Positions 48,097 to 59,491 are shown, counted from the first letter of the stretch. The stretch: DNA of 64,000 bases from an uncultured Poribacteria bacterium (GCA_951813565.1 OX638351.1:1504001-1568000); one strand, 5' to 3'. Program-made: numbers and translations. The notes: generated by a model not told the origin, from the letters alone.

Positions 48097-50319
48097 ATGA
48101 GACATTACACAAAATTTTTATTCAGCTGCTTGGTTCTCGGATTATTCCTTTCACTTTCTTATGCACAGGAAATTCCCGAAAAATCCACAACACCAGCGGA
48201 AGTTGACTTGATAACCGAAAAAGGGAAAGATTCTATAGTCAGCGTCGGTGGACGGGGAAGCGGGTTTTTCATAACAAAGGACAAGATTGCAACAAATTTT
48301 CACATTGCTATGCGATTCAAGCGCGGACCTGTTTTCGCCAAAAGTTGGGACAAGAAAACAATTTGGCGCATAAAAGGTGTCACTGCCTTTGATATCAAAC
48401 GCGACATCGCCATCCTCACAGTTGCGAGTGAAGGCACACCGCTGCCTTTGGGTAACAGTGATATGCTCCAGATCGATGAGTCTGTTTTTATCGTGGGTTA
48501 CCCTTATGGAGAATACAAAGGCGCGGCGGGAGTTGTAACTGGTATCCGGCAGAACGATGGAGGGATCCGGACGACAATCGAAGCGTACCCAGGAAACAGC
48601 GGAAGTCCCTTACTAAACAGTAAAGGAGAAGTCATCGGAATCCACTATGGTCATGACCCTGGCAATAGTCCTGTAAACACAATCAAGGCGTTGCTCGCTG
48701 GTGCCACTTCAACGGCGTCTTTCACGCAGTGGCGGAAGCAAAAAGTTATTCGCGCTTATTTCTCTTATTTCTACTACGAGCAGGGCAAGAAAAAATACTA
48801 TGATGGAAACGCTGAAGAGGCGATAAAAGATTTCGATCAAGCAATCGAACTGAACCCCTACAACGCTAAAACTTACAAGTTTAGGGCGAAAGCGAAAGCA
48901 AGTCTTGGCAATCTGGATAGCGCAATAGAAGACTATAATCAAGCTATCAAACTGAATCCCAACGATGCAGAAATTTACAAAGATAGGGCGAAAGCGAAAT
49001 CTGACTTTGGCGATCATACAGGTGCAATTGAGGATTATAATCAGGCTATTAAAATTAATCCTGACGATGCCAATACATATAACGATCTCGGACGCATGAA
49101 AGAATCTGTTGGTGACTATGCTGGTGCAATCAAAGACTACACTGAAGCCATTAGACTTAAACCTGATGATATATACGTATACTATTGGAGAGGAGATGCA
49201 AAAGCTAAACTCGGTGACAATGATGGCATGATAGATGACTATTCACAAGTTATCAAGCTTAAACCTAACGACGCAACTGCTTACAAAATGCGCGGAGACA
49301 AAAAGCGTAAAATCGGTGACTATTCCGGGGCAATTAAAGACTATAGTTTGACAATAAAACTCAATCCTGACGGTGCTTATTACCTATATATCGATCGAGG
49401 TCGGGCAAAGCAAGATATTGACGACTATGTTAGCGCAATAGAAGATTTTACAGAGGCGATCAAACTAAAACCTGATGATACAAACGCATACAACGAACGT
49501 GGTTGGGCGAAAAACCATATTGGTGACCACGCGGGTGCGGTAGAAGATTTCACTCTGGCAATAAAACTAAAACCTGACAATGCCTACGGATACAGAAACC
49601 GCGGTTATGCGAAGCAGGCACTTGACGACCATGTTGGGGCTATAGAAGATTACACGCAGGCAATCAAACTGAAACCTGACGATGTTCATGCATACAATAA
49701 TCGAGGTTCGGTAAAGCGAGATATTGGTGACTGTGCCGGTGCGATAGATGATTTCACGCAGGCAATAAAACTAAAACCTGATTATGCTTATGCATACGAC
49801 AATCGCGGCTGGCTTAAAAGAGAAATTGGTAACCATGCGGGTGCGATAGAAGATTTTACACAGGTCATAAAACTAAAACCTGACAATGTTCATGCATACA
49901 ATGATCGTGGGCTTGCCAAAGTTAACCTTGGCGACATAACTGGTGCACTCGAAGACTATAATAAAGCGATAGAAATTAATCCCAATGACTTCGTAGCTTA
50001 CATCTATCGTGGCAGAGCGAAGTCTAAACTTAAGAACTATGCAAGTGCAATTGTAGACTATAACAAAGCAATTGAACTCAGACCTGAAGATCCATTTTTA
50101 TACAATAGTCGCGGGGAGACAAAATCTGAACTTAAGGATTATGCTGGTGCGATTGCTGACTACGATAAAGCCATTGAACTTAACCCCAAATATGCTATAG
50201 CCTACCACAATCGCGGACTGGCAAAGGAAGCACTTGGGCAGCATGACACAGCGAAAGCTGATTTTGAGAAGGCAAAAGAGTTAGACCCGGAGGTCGGAAA
50301 ATTAGATGATTCCAAATAA
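48097..50319 (+). CDS. secreted trypsin-like serine protease with ~15 TPR repeats
   Basis: Signal peptide; GSGFF, ATNFH, DIAIL, PGNSGSP; repeated AIEDF/YTQAIKLKPD.AY.NRG. Confidence 0.9.
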   Translation: MRHYTKFLFSCLVLGLFLSLSYAQEIPEKSTTPAEVDLITEKGKDSIVSVGGRGSGFFITKDKIATNFHIAMRFKRGPVFAKSWDKKTIWRIKGVTAFDIKRDIAILTVASEGTPLPLGNSDMLQIDESVFIVGYPYGEYKGAAGVVTGIRQNDGGIRTTIEAYPGNSGSPLLNSKGEVIGIHYGHDPGNSPVNTIKALLAGATSTASFTQWRKQKVIRAYFSYFYYEQGKKKYYDGNAEEAIKDFDQAIELNPYNAKTYKFRAKAKASLGNLDSAIEDYNQAIKLNPNDAEIYKDRAKAKSDFGDHTGAIEDYNQAIKINPDDANTYNDLGRMKESVGDYAGAIKDYTEAIRLKPDDIYVYYWRGDAKAKLGDNDGMIDDYSQVIKLKPNDATAYKMRGDKKRKIGDYSGAIKDYSLTIKLNPDGAYYLYIDRGRAKQDIDDYVSAIEDFTEAIKLKPDDTNAYNERGWAKNHIGDHAGAVEDFTLAIKLKPDNAYGYRNRGYAKQALDDHVGAIEDYTQAIKLKPDDVHAYNNRGSVKRDIGDCAGAIDDFTQAIKLKPDYAYAYDNRGWLKREIGNHAGAIEDFTQVIKLKPDNVHAYNDRGLAKVNLGDITGALEDYNKAIEINPNDFVAYIYRGRAKSKLKNYASAIVDYNKAIELRPEDPFLYNSRGETKSELKDYAGAIADYDKAIELNPKYAIAYHNRGLAKEALGQHDTAKADFEKAKELDPEVGKLDDSK

Positions 50320-50695
50320 TTTAAGATACATGGAAAGCCATGAATGGGTGCGTCAAGAAGACGACATTGCCACTATTGGCATCACAGACTATGCACAATC
50401 TGAAATTCAGGATATTGTCTACGTTGAACTGCCAGAAGTAGGCACCCAAATAACACATAAAACAGAATTTGGGGTGATTGAATCTGTTAAAGCCGCGTTT
50501 GACCTCTACGCTCCCATCAGTGGAGAAGTGGTTGAGGTAAACGAATCCCTCCTTGATGCGCCCGAACAGGTCAATGAATCTCCTTACGATGACGGATGGT
50601 TTCTTAAAATTAAGATGACCGATCCCAGTGAACTTGATGTGCTTCTCGATGCCGACAGTTATCAAGCACATATTGAGGCGGAGCATGCTCAATAA
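50306..50695 (+). CDS. gcvH: glycine cleavage system H protein
   Basis: [19 protein letters not shown] lipoyl-Lys, NESPYDDGW. Confidence 0.97.
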   Translation: MIPNNLRYMESHEWVRQEDDIATIGITDYAQSEIQDIVYVELPEVGTQITHKTEFGVIESVKAAFDLYAPISGEVVEVNESLLDAPEQVNESPYDDGWFLKIKMTDPSELDVLLDADSYQAHIEAEHAQ

Positions 50696-53561
50696 AGAAA
50701 CAGATAACTCCTCCTTTGCCCATCGACACATCGGACCTCGTTCTGAAGACATTGAACAGATGCTGGAAATACTCTGTTATGCTTCAATGGAAGATTTCAT
50801 TGAAGACGTTGTGCCAGCAGACATTCGCCTATCATCACCGCTCAGTTTAGATATTGATGGGAAAACCGCATGCTCACAAGGTCTTTCAGAGTCCGAAGCA
50901 CTTGATGCCTTAAAGCAACTTGCCTCTCAAAACCGAGTCTACCGTTCCTATATCGGTATGGGGTACTATAACTGTTTTGTGCCGCCGGTCATCCAAAGAA
51001 ACATACTTGAAAACCCCGGTTGGTATACCCAATACACCCCCTATCAAGCCGAAATTTCACAAGGTCGCTTAGAAGCGTTGCTAAACTTCCAAACAATGGT
51101 TATAGATTTAACCGGCCTCCCTATTGCAAACGCATCCCTTCTTGATGAGGCTACGGCTGCCGCTGAAGCTATGACAATGTGTATAGGAAATTCAAGGCAG
51201 AAGGAGTGGCACAACTTTTTTGTTTCAGAAACCTGTCATCCGCAAACAATTGCTGTTTTACAAACACGTGCCGAACCTCTCGGCATTAAATTGCACATCG
51301 GAGACCACAGAAAAACGCATTTTGATACACCTATCTTAGGTGCCATCGTGCAATATCCAGCGACAGATGGTGCGATCTACGATTACCGCCAATTCGCTGA
51401 ACAGGTGTATGCTGCTGGAGGTTTATTCGTTACTGCCACAGACCTTTTAGCACTCATGTTATTGAAACCGCCTGGCGAATTTGGAGCAGACATCGTCATT
51501 GGCAACTCTCAACGGTTTGGTGTTCCACTTGGGTATGGAGGTCCTCACGCAGCATTCCTCTCCACGCGCGAGGAACTCAAACGTAACATCCCCGGACGAA
51601 TTGCTGGCGTGTCTCACGATGCAAACGGTGAACCCGCCATCCGATTAGCACTCCAAACGCGTGAACAGCACATACGCCGTGAGAAAGCAACAAGTAATAT
51701 CTGCACAGCACAAGTCCTCCTTGCTGTTATGGCAGGGATGTATGCCGTCTATCACGGACCCAAAGGGCTTAAACAAATTGCGGAATGTGTCCATTCGCGG
51801 ACTTGCACACTACGTGCCGAACTTGAAAATCTTGGCTATAACACAGGCGATGCTCCGTGTTTTGATACGCTTTGTATTGACGTTGGTGCAGAAGGAACTC
51901 AAGAATTGCTTGCCTCTGCCCGTGCGAAACAGATAAATCTCCGCGTTATTGATTCAACACACATCGGCATATCGCTTGACGAAACTACCACACATGCTGA
52001 TGTTGAAGACCTGGTCCAACTCTTTGCTGAAAATACTACCGATAGCCGAGACGTTCAATCTTTGGAAATTCCCTCAGAATTACAGCGAAAATCCGCCTGT
52101 CTGACGCATCCCGTTTTCAATAGTTATCATTCCGAAACGGAGATGCTCAGATATATCCATAGACTACAAGCCAAAGATTTGTCACTCGTGAACGCGATGA
52201 TACCACTCGGTTCTTGCACAATGAAACTCAACGCGACTGCTGAGATGGTGCCTGTCACATGGCAAACGTTCAGCGAGTTACACCCCTTCGTGCCGAGTGA
52301 GCAAGCCCAAGGTTATCACACCCTCTTCAAACAACTTGAAGCTTGGCTTGCAGAGATAACTGGCTATAGCGGTATCTCATTGCAACCAAATGCGGGTTCA
52401 CAAGGTGAATATGCTGGACTATTAGTTATCCGAAAATACCATCAAAGCCGAAACGAAGCACACCGAGATGTCTGTTTAATTCCTACATCTGCGCACGGCA
52501 CAAATCCTGCCAGTGCTGTTATGGCAGGTATGAAAGTTGTTGTCGTTGCATGCGACACAGAAGGCAACATTGATCTTGTTGACTTAAAAGAAAAAGCAGA
52601 AATACATAGGGAAACACTTGCCGCGGCGATGGTCACCTATCCTTCAACACACGGTGTTTTTGAAGAAAAGATACGTGAGATATGTAATATTGTTCATGAG
52701 CATGGTGGACAGGTTTATATGGATGGGGCTAATCTCAATGCGCTTGTCGGACTCAGCCGTCCTGCTGATCTCGGAGCGGATGTTTGTCATCTCAATTTAC
52801 ACAAGACATTTTGTATCCCACACGGTGGCGGAGGTCCAGGAATGGGACCGATTGGTGTAAAACAACACCTTTCTGATTTCCTACCCAACCACCCGATTGT
52901 CACAGTTGGAGGTGCGGACGGTATTGGCCCTGTATCCGCAGCACCCTGGGGAAGTCCAGGTATTCTTCCCATCTCTTGGGCATATATTGCTATGATGGGA
53001 GCAGAAGGGCTTAAATCTGCAACAGAAGTTGCCATCCTTAATGCTAATTATATTGCCAGACAACTGGAATCCCATTATCCTGTCCTTTATACAGGTAAGA
53101 ACGGATTGGTCGCGCATGAATGTATCATTGATTTGCGCGATTTTAAGAAAACTGCTGGGATAGAAGTAACAGATGTCGCTAAACGACTTATGGATTACGG
53201 CTTTCATGCGCCAACGGTATCCTGGCCAGTTCCCGGCACGATGATGATTGAACCCACTGAAAGTGAATCCAGAGCGGAAATAGATCGTTTCTGTTCTGCT
53301 CTCATCTCTATTCGCGAAGAGATAGCTGAAATTGAAAATAGTGACGTTTCACCAGATGACAACGTGCTAAAAAACGCACCGCATACTGTCCAAATAGTTA
53401 CACAAACTGACTGGAATCATGCCTATTCACGGGAAAAAGCTGCGTTTCCAAAGCCATGGGTCCGCCAAACTAAATTTTGGCCGCCAGTCGCACGCATTAA
53501 CGAAGTTCATGGAGACAGAAACCTCGTATGTTCCTGTCCTCCGCTAACAGAATACGAATAG
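50685..53561 (+). CDS. gcvP: glycine dehydrogenase (decarboxylating), single-chain P protein
   Basis: [48 protein letters not shown]; start at ATG 50685. Confidence 0.97.
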   Translation: MLNKETDNSSFAHRHIGPRSEDIEQMLEILCYASMEDFIEDVVPADIRLSSPLSLDIDGKTACSQGLSESEALDALKQLASQNRVYRSYIGMGYYNCFVPPVIQRNILENPGWYTQYTPYQAEISQGRLEALLNFQTMVIDLTGLPIANASLLDEATAAAEAMTMCIGNSRQKEWHNFFVSETCHPQTIAVLQTRAEPLGIKLHIGDHRKTHFDTPILGAIVQYPATDGAIYDYRQFAEQVYAAGGLFVTATDLLALMLLKPPGEFGADIVIGNSQRFGVPLGYGGPHAAFLSTREELKRNIPGRIAGVSHDANGEPAIRLALQTREQHIRREKATSNICTAQVLLAVMAGMYAVYHGPKGLKQIAECVHSRTCTLRAELENLGYNTGDAPCFDTLCIDVGAEGTQELLASARAKQINLRVIDSTHIGISLDETTTHADVEDLVQLFAENTTDSRDVQSLEIPSELQRKSACLTHPVFNSYHSETEMLRYIHRLQAKDLSLVNAMIPLGSCTMKLNATAEMVPVTWQTFSELHPFVPSEQAQGYHTLFKQLEAWLAEITGYSGISLQPNAGSQGEYAGLLVIRKYHQSRNEAHRDVCLIPTSAHGTNPASAVMAGMKVVVVACDTEGNIDLVDLKEKAEIHRETLAAAMVTYPSTHGVFEEKIREICNIVHEHGGQVYMDGANLNALVGLSRPADLGADVCHLNLHKTFCIPHGGGGPGMGPIGVKQHLSDFLPNHPIVTVGGADGIGPVSAAPWGSPGILPISWAYIAMMGAEGLKSATEVAILNANYIARQLESHYPVLYTGKNGLVAHECIIDLRDFKKTAGIEVTDVAKRLMDYGFHAPTVSWPVPGTMMIEPTESESRAEIDRFCSALISIREEIAEIENSDVSPDDNVLKNAPHTVQIVTQTDWNHAYSREKAAFPKPWVRQTKFWPPVARINEVHGDRNLVCSCPPLTEYE

Positions 53562-53623
53562 ACGGTTATCTGTATTCATTCACAGGAGTAATTTACGATA
53601 ACCGACAAAAAAAACTAAAAACA

Positions 53624-54997
53624 ATGAAAGCAATCATCATAGGCGCAGGTGAAGTCGGATTTCATACTGCAAAATTGTTAACAGTAGATAATAACGATGT
53701 CGTCTTAATTGATGAATCCGAAGAGGCTTGTCAACGCGTCAACGAACAATTAGACTTGCAAACCCTTCGCGGATCAGGTGCATCGCCTGTCTTGCTCAAA
53801 GATGCGGGGATTAGTGATGCCGAACTTATCATTGCTGTTACAAACAGCGATGAGATTAACATGCTCGCCTGTCAAATTGCAGATCGTTATGAGGTTGAAA
53901 CCAAAATTGCCCGCGTTTCAAATCCTGACTATTTTTCCGATGAAAGTGGTCTCACGCCGAAAGACTTTGGGATTGACCTTCTTGTTAATCCTGAACACTT
54001 GTGCGTTGAGGAATTCACCCGTCTCTTGAAAACACCCGAAGCACGAGAAATCGTTGAATTTGAAGATGGAAGAATCCAACTCGCTGCTTTACGAATTAGG
54101 CAGACAAATCCTTTCATAGGAAAATCTCTCGCAGAATTGGATAGGAATGGTGTTTTATCGAGTATAAGATTTGCAGCAATTAAAAGGCGCGGACAGGAAA
54201 ATGTTATCATCCCAAGAGGGCGGGATATCCTCAAACAAGGGGATGATGTCTTTGTCATCGGAAGCGCATTGGCTATAGAGCAATTGTTCAGACTTTTCGG
54301 TATATTCTTCAATACACATCTTGAACGTGTGATAATTGTCGGGGCAAGCACTATCGGCATAGAACTTGCCCGCGTCCTGGAGGGAAATGGCACCGATGTG
54401 AAGCTTATTGAGGAAGATGAAAACTTGGCAGATCTCGCGTCACGATCTTTGAAACGCACAACTGTCCTACATGGAAATTATCTCCAATTCCAATTATTAG
54501 AAGAAGCCGGTATTGAAGAAGTAAACGGTTTTGTTTCGGTAACTGGCGATGATGAAAACGATATTATGGCATGCATGACCGCTAAGGAGCATGGTGCACA
54601 ACGCGTACTCACTTTAATCCAACAACCGCGTTATCTTCCATTGCTGGCTCGAATCCACCGTTTAGATGGAGCAGTCAGCAGACATTTGACCGTTGTCAGT
54701 AATCTCCTACGCCTTATTCGACGTGGAAATATCATCTCTGTTGCTTCGCTTCATGAAATTGACGCTGAAGTGATTGAAATTGTCGCTGGTATAAACGCAA
54801 AAATTGCTCACAAAGAACTCAGTTCGTTGAAAGCCAAATTCCCCGACAACGCTTTTATTGGCGCAATTCTGCGGCGCGAAAACCTTATTATTCCGCATGG
54901 CGAAACCGTTATTCAACCTGCTGATCGCGTTATTGTCTTCAGCATGCCAGACGCAATACCTGATGTGGAAGATATGTTTGCAGCTCGGAGAGTTTAG
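53624..54997 (+). CDS. trkA: Trk system potassium uptake protein A
   Basis: MKAIIIGAGEVG, AVTNSDEINM, two RCK N/C units. Confidence 0.93.
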   Translation: MKAIIIGAGEVGFHTAKLLTVDNNDVVLIDESEEACQRVNEQLDLQTLRGSGASPVLLKDAGISDAELIIAVTNSDEINMLACQIADRYEVETKIARVSNPDYFSDESGLTPKDFGIDLLVNPEHLCVEEFTRLLKTPEAREIVEFEDGRIQLAALRIRQTNPFIGKSLAELDRNGVLSSIRFAAIKRRGQENVIIPRGRDILKQGDDVFVIGSALAIEQLFRLFGIFFNTHLERVIIVGASTIGIELARVLEGNGTDVKLIEEDENLADLASRSLKRTTVLHGNYLQFQLLEEAGIEEVNGFVSVTGDDENDIMACMTAKEHGAQRVLTLIQQPRYLPLLARIHRLDGAVSRHLTVVSNLLRLIRRGNIISVASLHEIDAEVIEIVAGINAKIAHKELSSLKAKFPDNAFIGAILRRENLIIPHGETVIQPADRVIVFSMPDAIPDVEDMFAARRV

Positions 54998-55566
54998 CCA
55001 ACCACATGCAAAAACATAAATTTGTGCTAAAATCCGAAATTATTTCCTAAAAGAACAAATTTTTAGAAAAAAGTTTGACATTTGCAGAAATTTGTGTTGT
55101 ACTATAAATGTAAATGACATAGTTTGAGTAAAAAACTACATTACAGTGTATCTTATTTTTCATATCTTGGGGTTTAACTTTAACAATCAGAAGCCGACAG
55201 ATGGAATTGCTAACCAGAAATGAACGCACCGGATACCTATCATCTGATCAAGGTTTTTGTGCACGCAATACTTTTGAGGCTAATTTTAACTATCAGTTAA
55301 CTATCCCCCCCCGTTACATTCGTTAATATTTTTACGTCACAAATTCTTATCGCAGTTCTTAGTCTGCGGTATTTTCGCGCCTGCACGCTGGCTTTGCCTC
55401 GTTGCGGGATTTTGTTGTTGCATTGGAGCATCTTCAATGCTTGTCAATTTGGTATTTTTCACAAAGTGTGGTATGCTTGCCACGTTAACGGGAACAGAGG
55501 AGATTGCAGATCATGCATCAATTTGATGTGAGAAACAGCATTCTCCGCTGTTGTCAAGAGGTTCAC

Positions 55567-55800
55567 ATGAGGTCTCTTTTACACATTCACAGCTATAAAC
55601 GCGGACTTATTTTCGTTGTCACTGGATGTATTCTTAGTGGGCTGCTGTTCGGAACGCTTAGTTTCACGCGGGCGACCCTGCAGGAGACATCCGACTGCAC
55701 AGAAAGCCCTCGACCAGATTGTCTCATCACTGAGAAACAACCGATTCCCTGTCCAAAACAAAAAAGTAAACCGCATTGTTCGCTGGAAGCAGTGAAATAA
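55567..55800 (+). CDS. small exported Cys-containing protein
   Basis: GAGG RBS before ATG 55567; hydrophobic N-terminal helix then 4 Cys; a degenerate copy of its 3' end lies at ~58870-58941. Confidence 0.55.
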   Translation: MRSLLHIHSYKRGLIFVVTGCILSGLLFGTLSFTRATLQETSDCTESPRPDCLITEKQPIPCPKQKSKPHCSLEAVK

Positions 55801-55854
55801 GGAAACCCAACCGACACCCTTTGCAGCGGTGTCACAAACGATAGGAGTTTATTC

Positions 55855-56196
55855 ATGAAACGAAAATTATATTCAGACATTGCACTTCTCGCCGTCATTC
55901 TTGGAGGAATTGGTGTTTTTGTGTTTATGCAGCACGCGCCAGCGACAGATACGCCGACACAAGAAGCTGTAGATGCTCCTGCCGCGGGATGTTGCGGCGC
56001 GTCTGTAGTTGAAGGTGAAACGCCACAAACAACTACTGGAGGTTGCTGCGGAACACCGGCACCCGAGACTGCGCAAAATGACGAAGTTGAACAACAGGTG
56101 CAACCTTCGGGTACATCTAAAACAGACAAAACATCCCCAAAAACGCCGCAAAGTGATGATGCGGACGAAGGTGGATGTGGATGTGGTAGTCAATAA
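55855..56196 (+). CDS. membrane-anchored low-complexity protein with three GCCG/GCGCG motifs
   Basis: AGGAG RBS; TM helix; AGCCG, GGCCG, GGCGCG separated by T/P/E-rich linkers. Confidence 0.7.
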   Translation: MKRKLYSDIALLAVILGGIGVFVFMQHAPATDTPTQEAVDAPAAGCCGASVVEGETPQTTTGGCCGTPAPETAQNDEVEQQVQPSGTSKTDKTSPKTPQSDDADEGGCGCGSQ

Positions 56197-56364
56197 TTTA
56201 TCTCTGTAGAATTTCTACTGAGATGTCCAACGTGCTTTGAAAAAAGCGCGAAATCCGAGACACGCTGAATGCCAAAAGGCATTCATAGCGTTGATTTGCT
56301 TGAATGTGTGTCTCTCTATTTCAAAATTAGATGCCCACGCGGCATAAAATAAAAGGAGAATTTA

Positions 56365-56826
56365 ATGTTTTTGAAAAAAGTTTTGAACCAACCGAATCTC
56401 GTAGGCACTGTGATGATAGCCCTTTTGGTTTGTAGTGGTTTTGTTTACGCTTTCGCTTTCGATGGCTTTAATGTGGAAACAGCCACAGGTGGTGAAGTAG
56501 AGGAATGGCTCGCACAGGCTGGTAGGGGAAACTCTGGCACTCCCGGTGACTGTGATTGCGGAAATACTGACTGCCATGTCACAAATGATGATGGCACAGT
56601 TAAAAAAGGTTGTCAACAAAAGAAGTCGAATGGCAAGAATCCATGCGGGAATCAAACCAAAACGTATCCTTGTAAACTGAATCAAGGGTGCCGCACTGAC
56701 AAAGGGTATGCGTCGCACAATTGTGTAGCCAAGTGTGGAAGACAAGCACCCGACGATCAAGCTCCCGGTTATATTGATATTTGCAAGAATTCACCTAAGA
56801 AGCCTTGTAAGGGTAAATGTAAATAG
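56365..56826 (+). CDS. conserved-leader Cys-rich exported protein 1 (basic 12-Cys core)
   Basis: AAGGAG RBS; 58-aa leader nearly identical to the 59022 gene; Lys-rich core. Confidence 0.85.
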   Translation: MFLKKVLNQPNLVGTVMIALLVCSGFVYAFAFDGFNVETATGGEVEEWLAQAGRGNSGTPGDCDCGNTDCHVTNDDGTVKKGCQQKKSNGKNPCGNQTKTYPCKLNQGCRTDKGYASHNCVAKCGRQAPDDQAPGYIDICKNSPKKPCKGKCK

Positions 56827-56849
56827 TCCCGTATTAAGAGAAATATAAT

Positions 56850-58844
56850 ATGGTAAGTAGAGGAACACAATTTCCAATATATGCAAAGAATCAAGAAATT
56901 GGCGAACAGATATTACCTCCTAGTGTGCTTAGACGTTTTGGGAGGGGATATCCGAGTAATATAGCGTTTTGTCCCAATAACGGCCTGGTAGCTGTCACGA
57001 CAACTGAAGGCGTGTGGTGGCATAAGCTGCCCGATCTTTCTCCTATTGCCTTGTGGCAAAGAGAAAAGGAAACATCGATGTTCTCCAGTTGTGCTTTTTC
57101 CCAAGATGGAAGGTTCTTCGCTGCAGGTGGTCTTGACGGTGCAAAGGTATGGGATGTTGATAGTGGTGAGTGCATTTCGAAACTAACCCGACCAGAACAA
57201 CCCAGGTACAAAGAAAAGTATCACCGCGCAGATGCTGAATGGATACACGAAAAGTTTTATTTGGATATTGACTGGCTTGCATTTTCACCGAATGGTCAAT
57301 TACTTGCTGCAGCCGCTCTTCAAAAAAATACAAGCATTGATATTTGGCAGTTGGAAACCAGCGAACATCTCGTGCATTTGGAGGAAGAAGCTCCTGAAAG
57401 AAGCGAATATAAGTTGAGGCGCATAGGTCCCCTCAGTCGCTCCTTTACTCGTACAGGCCCCCTTGCCTTCTCAGCAGATAGTAAACTGCTGGCATGTGGG
57501 CAAACATATCGTTTTGGTGAAGATGACACTAAAAACGAATCGCACCTTATATCGGTGTGGGATATGGATGCAGGTGAGCGTATTGCCTGCATCCACGACT
57601 TTCCTGAAATGGTGTATAGTCTTTCTTTTTCACCGTGTAACCGATTACTCGCTATTGGTGGGAGAGACGGTTCAATTCAGGTGTGGACATTTCCAATTTT
57701 GCAACGACACAAGACATATTCAAGAACTTCAGAGGAAGGAATGTATGTTTCCTATTCTTCAGAAGGCACCTTGCGTGCTGCAGGAGAATCACATCAATCT
57801 ATTACTGTCTGGGACATAGAACAAGAAGAAACACTATATATTTACTCAGAAGACAACGTTTATCCTGTTCGTCCACATTTCATAAATGGTACACACCTTG
57901 TTTGCATTAGTCTACAGAAACTACATGTGTGGTCGTTTGATACCAGGAAGGCACACACGACCCGACACTTACATGCCATATCTCTCGGTAGTCTCGTGTT
58001 TGCGCCGGATGGAAAAACGCTTGCATCCGCGGGGTGCTGGTCTGGTATTTCATTATGGGATGTGGTGAACTCCCAAGACTTTCCACAGATTTTTGATCCT
58101 ACCTCAAAATTTTGGTTTTCTGTTGATGTGTCCCCTAAAGGGAAATTTTTTGCTACTTCTGCAATGGAAAATAGAGTGACTTTGTGGAAGGTAGGAAACA
58201 GCACACCCTTAGCATCATTTACGACAGAGGCAAATGTGGTAGATGTGGCATTTTCACCAATCACAAATTTCTTGGCATGCCACGATGAAGATGACCGTGT
58301 CTACATCTGGGATGTGTCAAGTGAACAACTGTGCAATACCAGCCAAGCGGGATATACAAGCAACCGACGTATGGTATTTAGCCCAGATGGAAAATACCTT
58401 GCCTGTGGGATAGACTTACTCTATGATGTAGCACTGGGTGAGAAAATTGAGGCGTTCGACTTAACAGAAATGTCCGTACATTTATTTTCTCACGACAGCG
58501 CACATTTTTTCTGTGATACGCGGACCCGGGAATCAATAGAGTTATGGAACATCCATAGCCGCGAGAAAGTGCTTTCGATACCCACACCGCAAATCGGGCA
58601 AAGACTGCATGCTGCGGTTTTGGCACTTTCTTCTTGTGGCAGATATCTCGCAAATAGTAGTAAAACGGTGGACGACACGTTAAGTTTATGGGAAGTTGAG
58701 AGTGGCAAACTTCTTACTGTTTTGAAAGTTCCTTCTAAGGTTTTGTCTCTAACGTTTTCACCAGATAACATGATCTTAGCAAGTAGTGGGACTGATGGCA
58801 CTATCCTGCTTTGGGATATGAAACCTTACTTAAAAGACATATAA
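56850..58844 (+). CDS. WD40 repeat protein (double propeller size)
   Basis: LPPSVLRRFGRG N-terminal motif; many FSP.G..LA...WD repeats; ends LLWDMKPYLKDI. Confidence 0.88.
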   Translation: MVSRGTQFPIYAKNQEIGEQILPPSVLRRFGRGYPSNIAFCPNNGLVAVTTTEGVWWHKLPDLSPIALWQREKETSMFSSCAFSQDGRFFAAGGLDGAKVWDVDSGECISKLTRPEQPRYKEKYHRADAEWIHEKFYLDIDWLAFSPNGQLLAAAALQKNTSIDIWQLETSEHLVHLEEEAPERSEYKLRRIGPLSRSFTRTGPLAFSADSKLLACGQTYRFGEDDTKNESHLISVWDMDAGERIACIHDFPEMVYSLSFSPCNRLLAIGGRDGSIQVWTFPILQRHKTYSRTSEEGMYVSYSSEGTLRAAGESHQSITVWDIEQEETLYIYSEDNVYPVRPHFINGTHLVCISLQKLHVWSFDTRKAHTTRHLHAISLGSLVFAPDGKTLASAGCWSGISLWDVVNSQDFPQIFDPTSKFWFSVDVSPKGKFFATSAMENRVTLWKVGNSTPLASFTTEANVVDVAFSPITNFLACHDEDDRVYIWDVSSEQLCNTSQAGYTSNRRMVFSPDGKYLACGIDLLYDVALGEKIEAFDLTEMSVHLFSHDSAHFFCDTRTRESIELWNIHSREKVLSIPTPQIGQRLHAAVLALSSCGRYLANSSKTVDDTLSLWEVESGKLLTVLKVPSKVLSLTFSPDNMILASSGTDGTILLWDMKPYLKDI

Positions 58845-59021
58845 ATGACGATGAAAATGTGGAAATATGGATGAGAAATAACTAACTTTTATCTTGAACG
58901 AAAAAGCAAACCGTCTCATTTTGCCAAAAACAGCGAACTAAGACGTAACTGACACCCTTTACAGTGGTTTCACAATCTATATTAGATGCCCGATTGGGTG
59001 TCAAACTAAATGGAGAATATA

Positions 59022-59447
59022 ATGTTTTTGAAAAAAGTTTTGAACCAACCGAACCTGGTCGGCACTGTGATGATAGCCCTGATGGTTTGTGGTGGTTTTG
59101 TTTATGCTTTCGCTTTCGATGGGTTTAATGTTGAAACTGCTACAGGGGGCGAAGTAGAGGCTTGGCTCGCACAGGCTGGTGGGGGAAACTCTGGTGATGG
59201 TGACGACGATGATGAGGAGGGAGATCCATGTAACTGTTTGGGTCCTCCTGGCTACGAATGTGAACGTGAAGATTGTGCCAACGATGAAGTCGAGTGTGAG
59301 ATAACTACTAAATGTCACACTAATTGTGGTGATTGCCGCTTGAATGAAGATGGAAGGCCTTGTTCAGATGATGTACATTGTCTTAACGCAGATAGCGATG
59401 AATACATATGCAGTGGCAATTGTTATGTTCCTGATTTGACCGAGTAA
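59022..59447 (+). CDS. conserved-leader Cys-rich exported protein 2 (acidic 12-Cys core)
   Basis: GGAG RBS before ATG 59022; leader 54/58 identical to the 56365 gene; Asp/Glu-rich core. Confidence 0.85.
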   Translation: MFLKKVLNQPNLVGTVMIALMVCGGFVYAFAFDGFNVETATGGEVEAWLAQAGGGNSGDGDDDDEEGDPCNCLGPPGYECEREDCANDEVECEITTKCHTNCGDCRLNEDGRPCSDDVHCLNADSDEYICSGNCYVPDLTE

Positions 59448-59491
59448 TTGGTAGTTCGACATACTAACTATGATAAGACGAAGGCTATTTA

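Noticed and set aside
55800..55840. Known riboswitch (e.g. c-di-GMP) upstream of the Cys-rich genes
   Set aside because: I could not match the consensus by eye; kept only as an unexplained conserved element.
56365..59447. Diversity-generating retroelement explaining the variable cores
   Set aside because: No reverse transcriptase, and the cores are not near-identical repeats differing at adenines.
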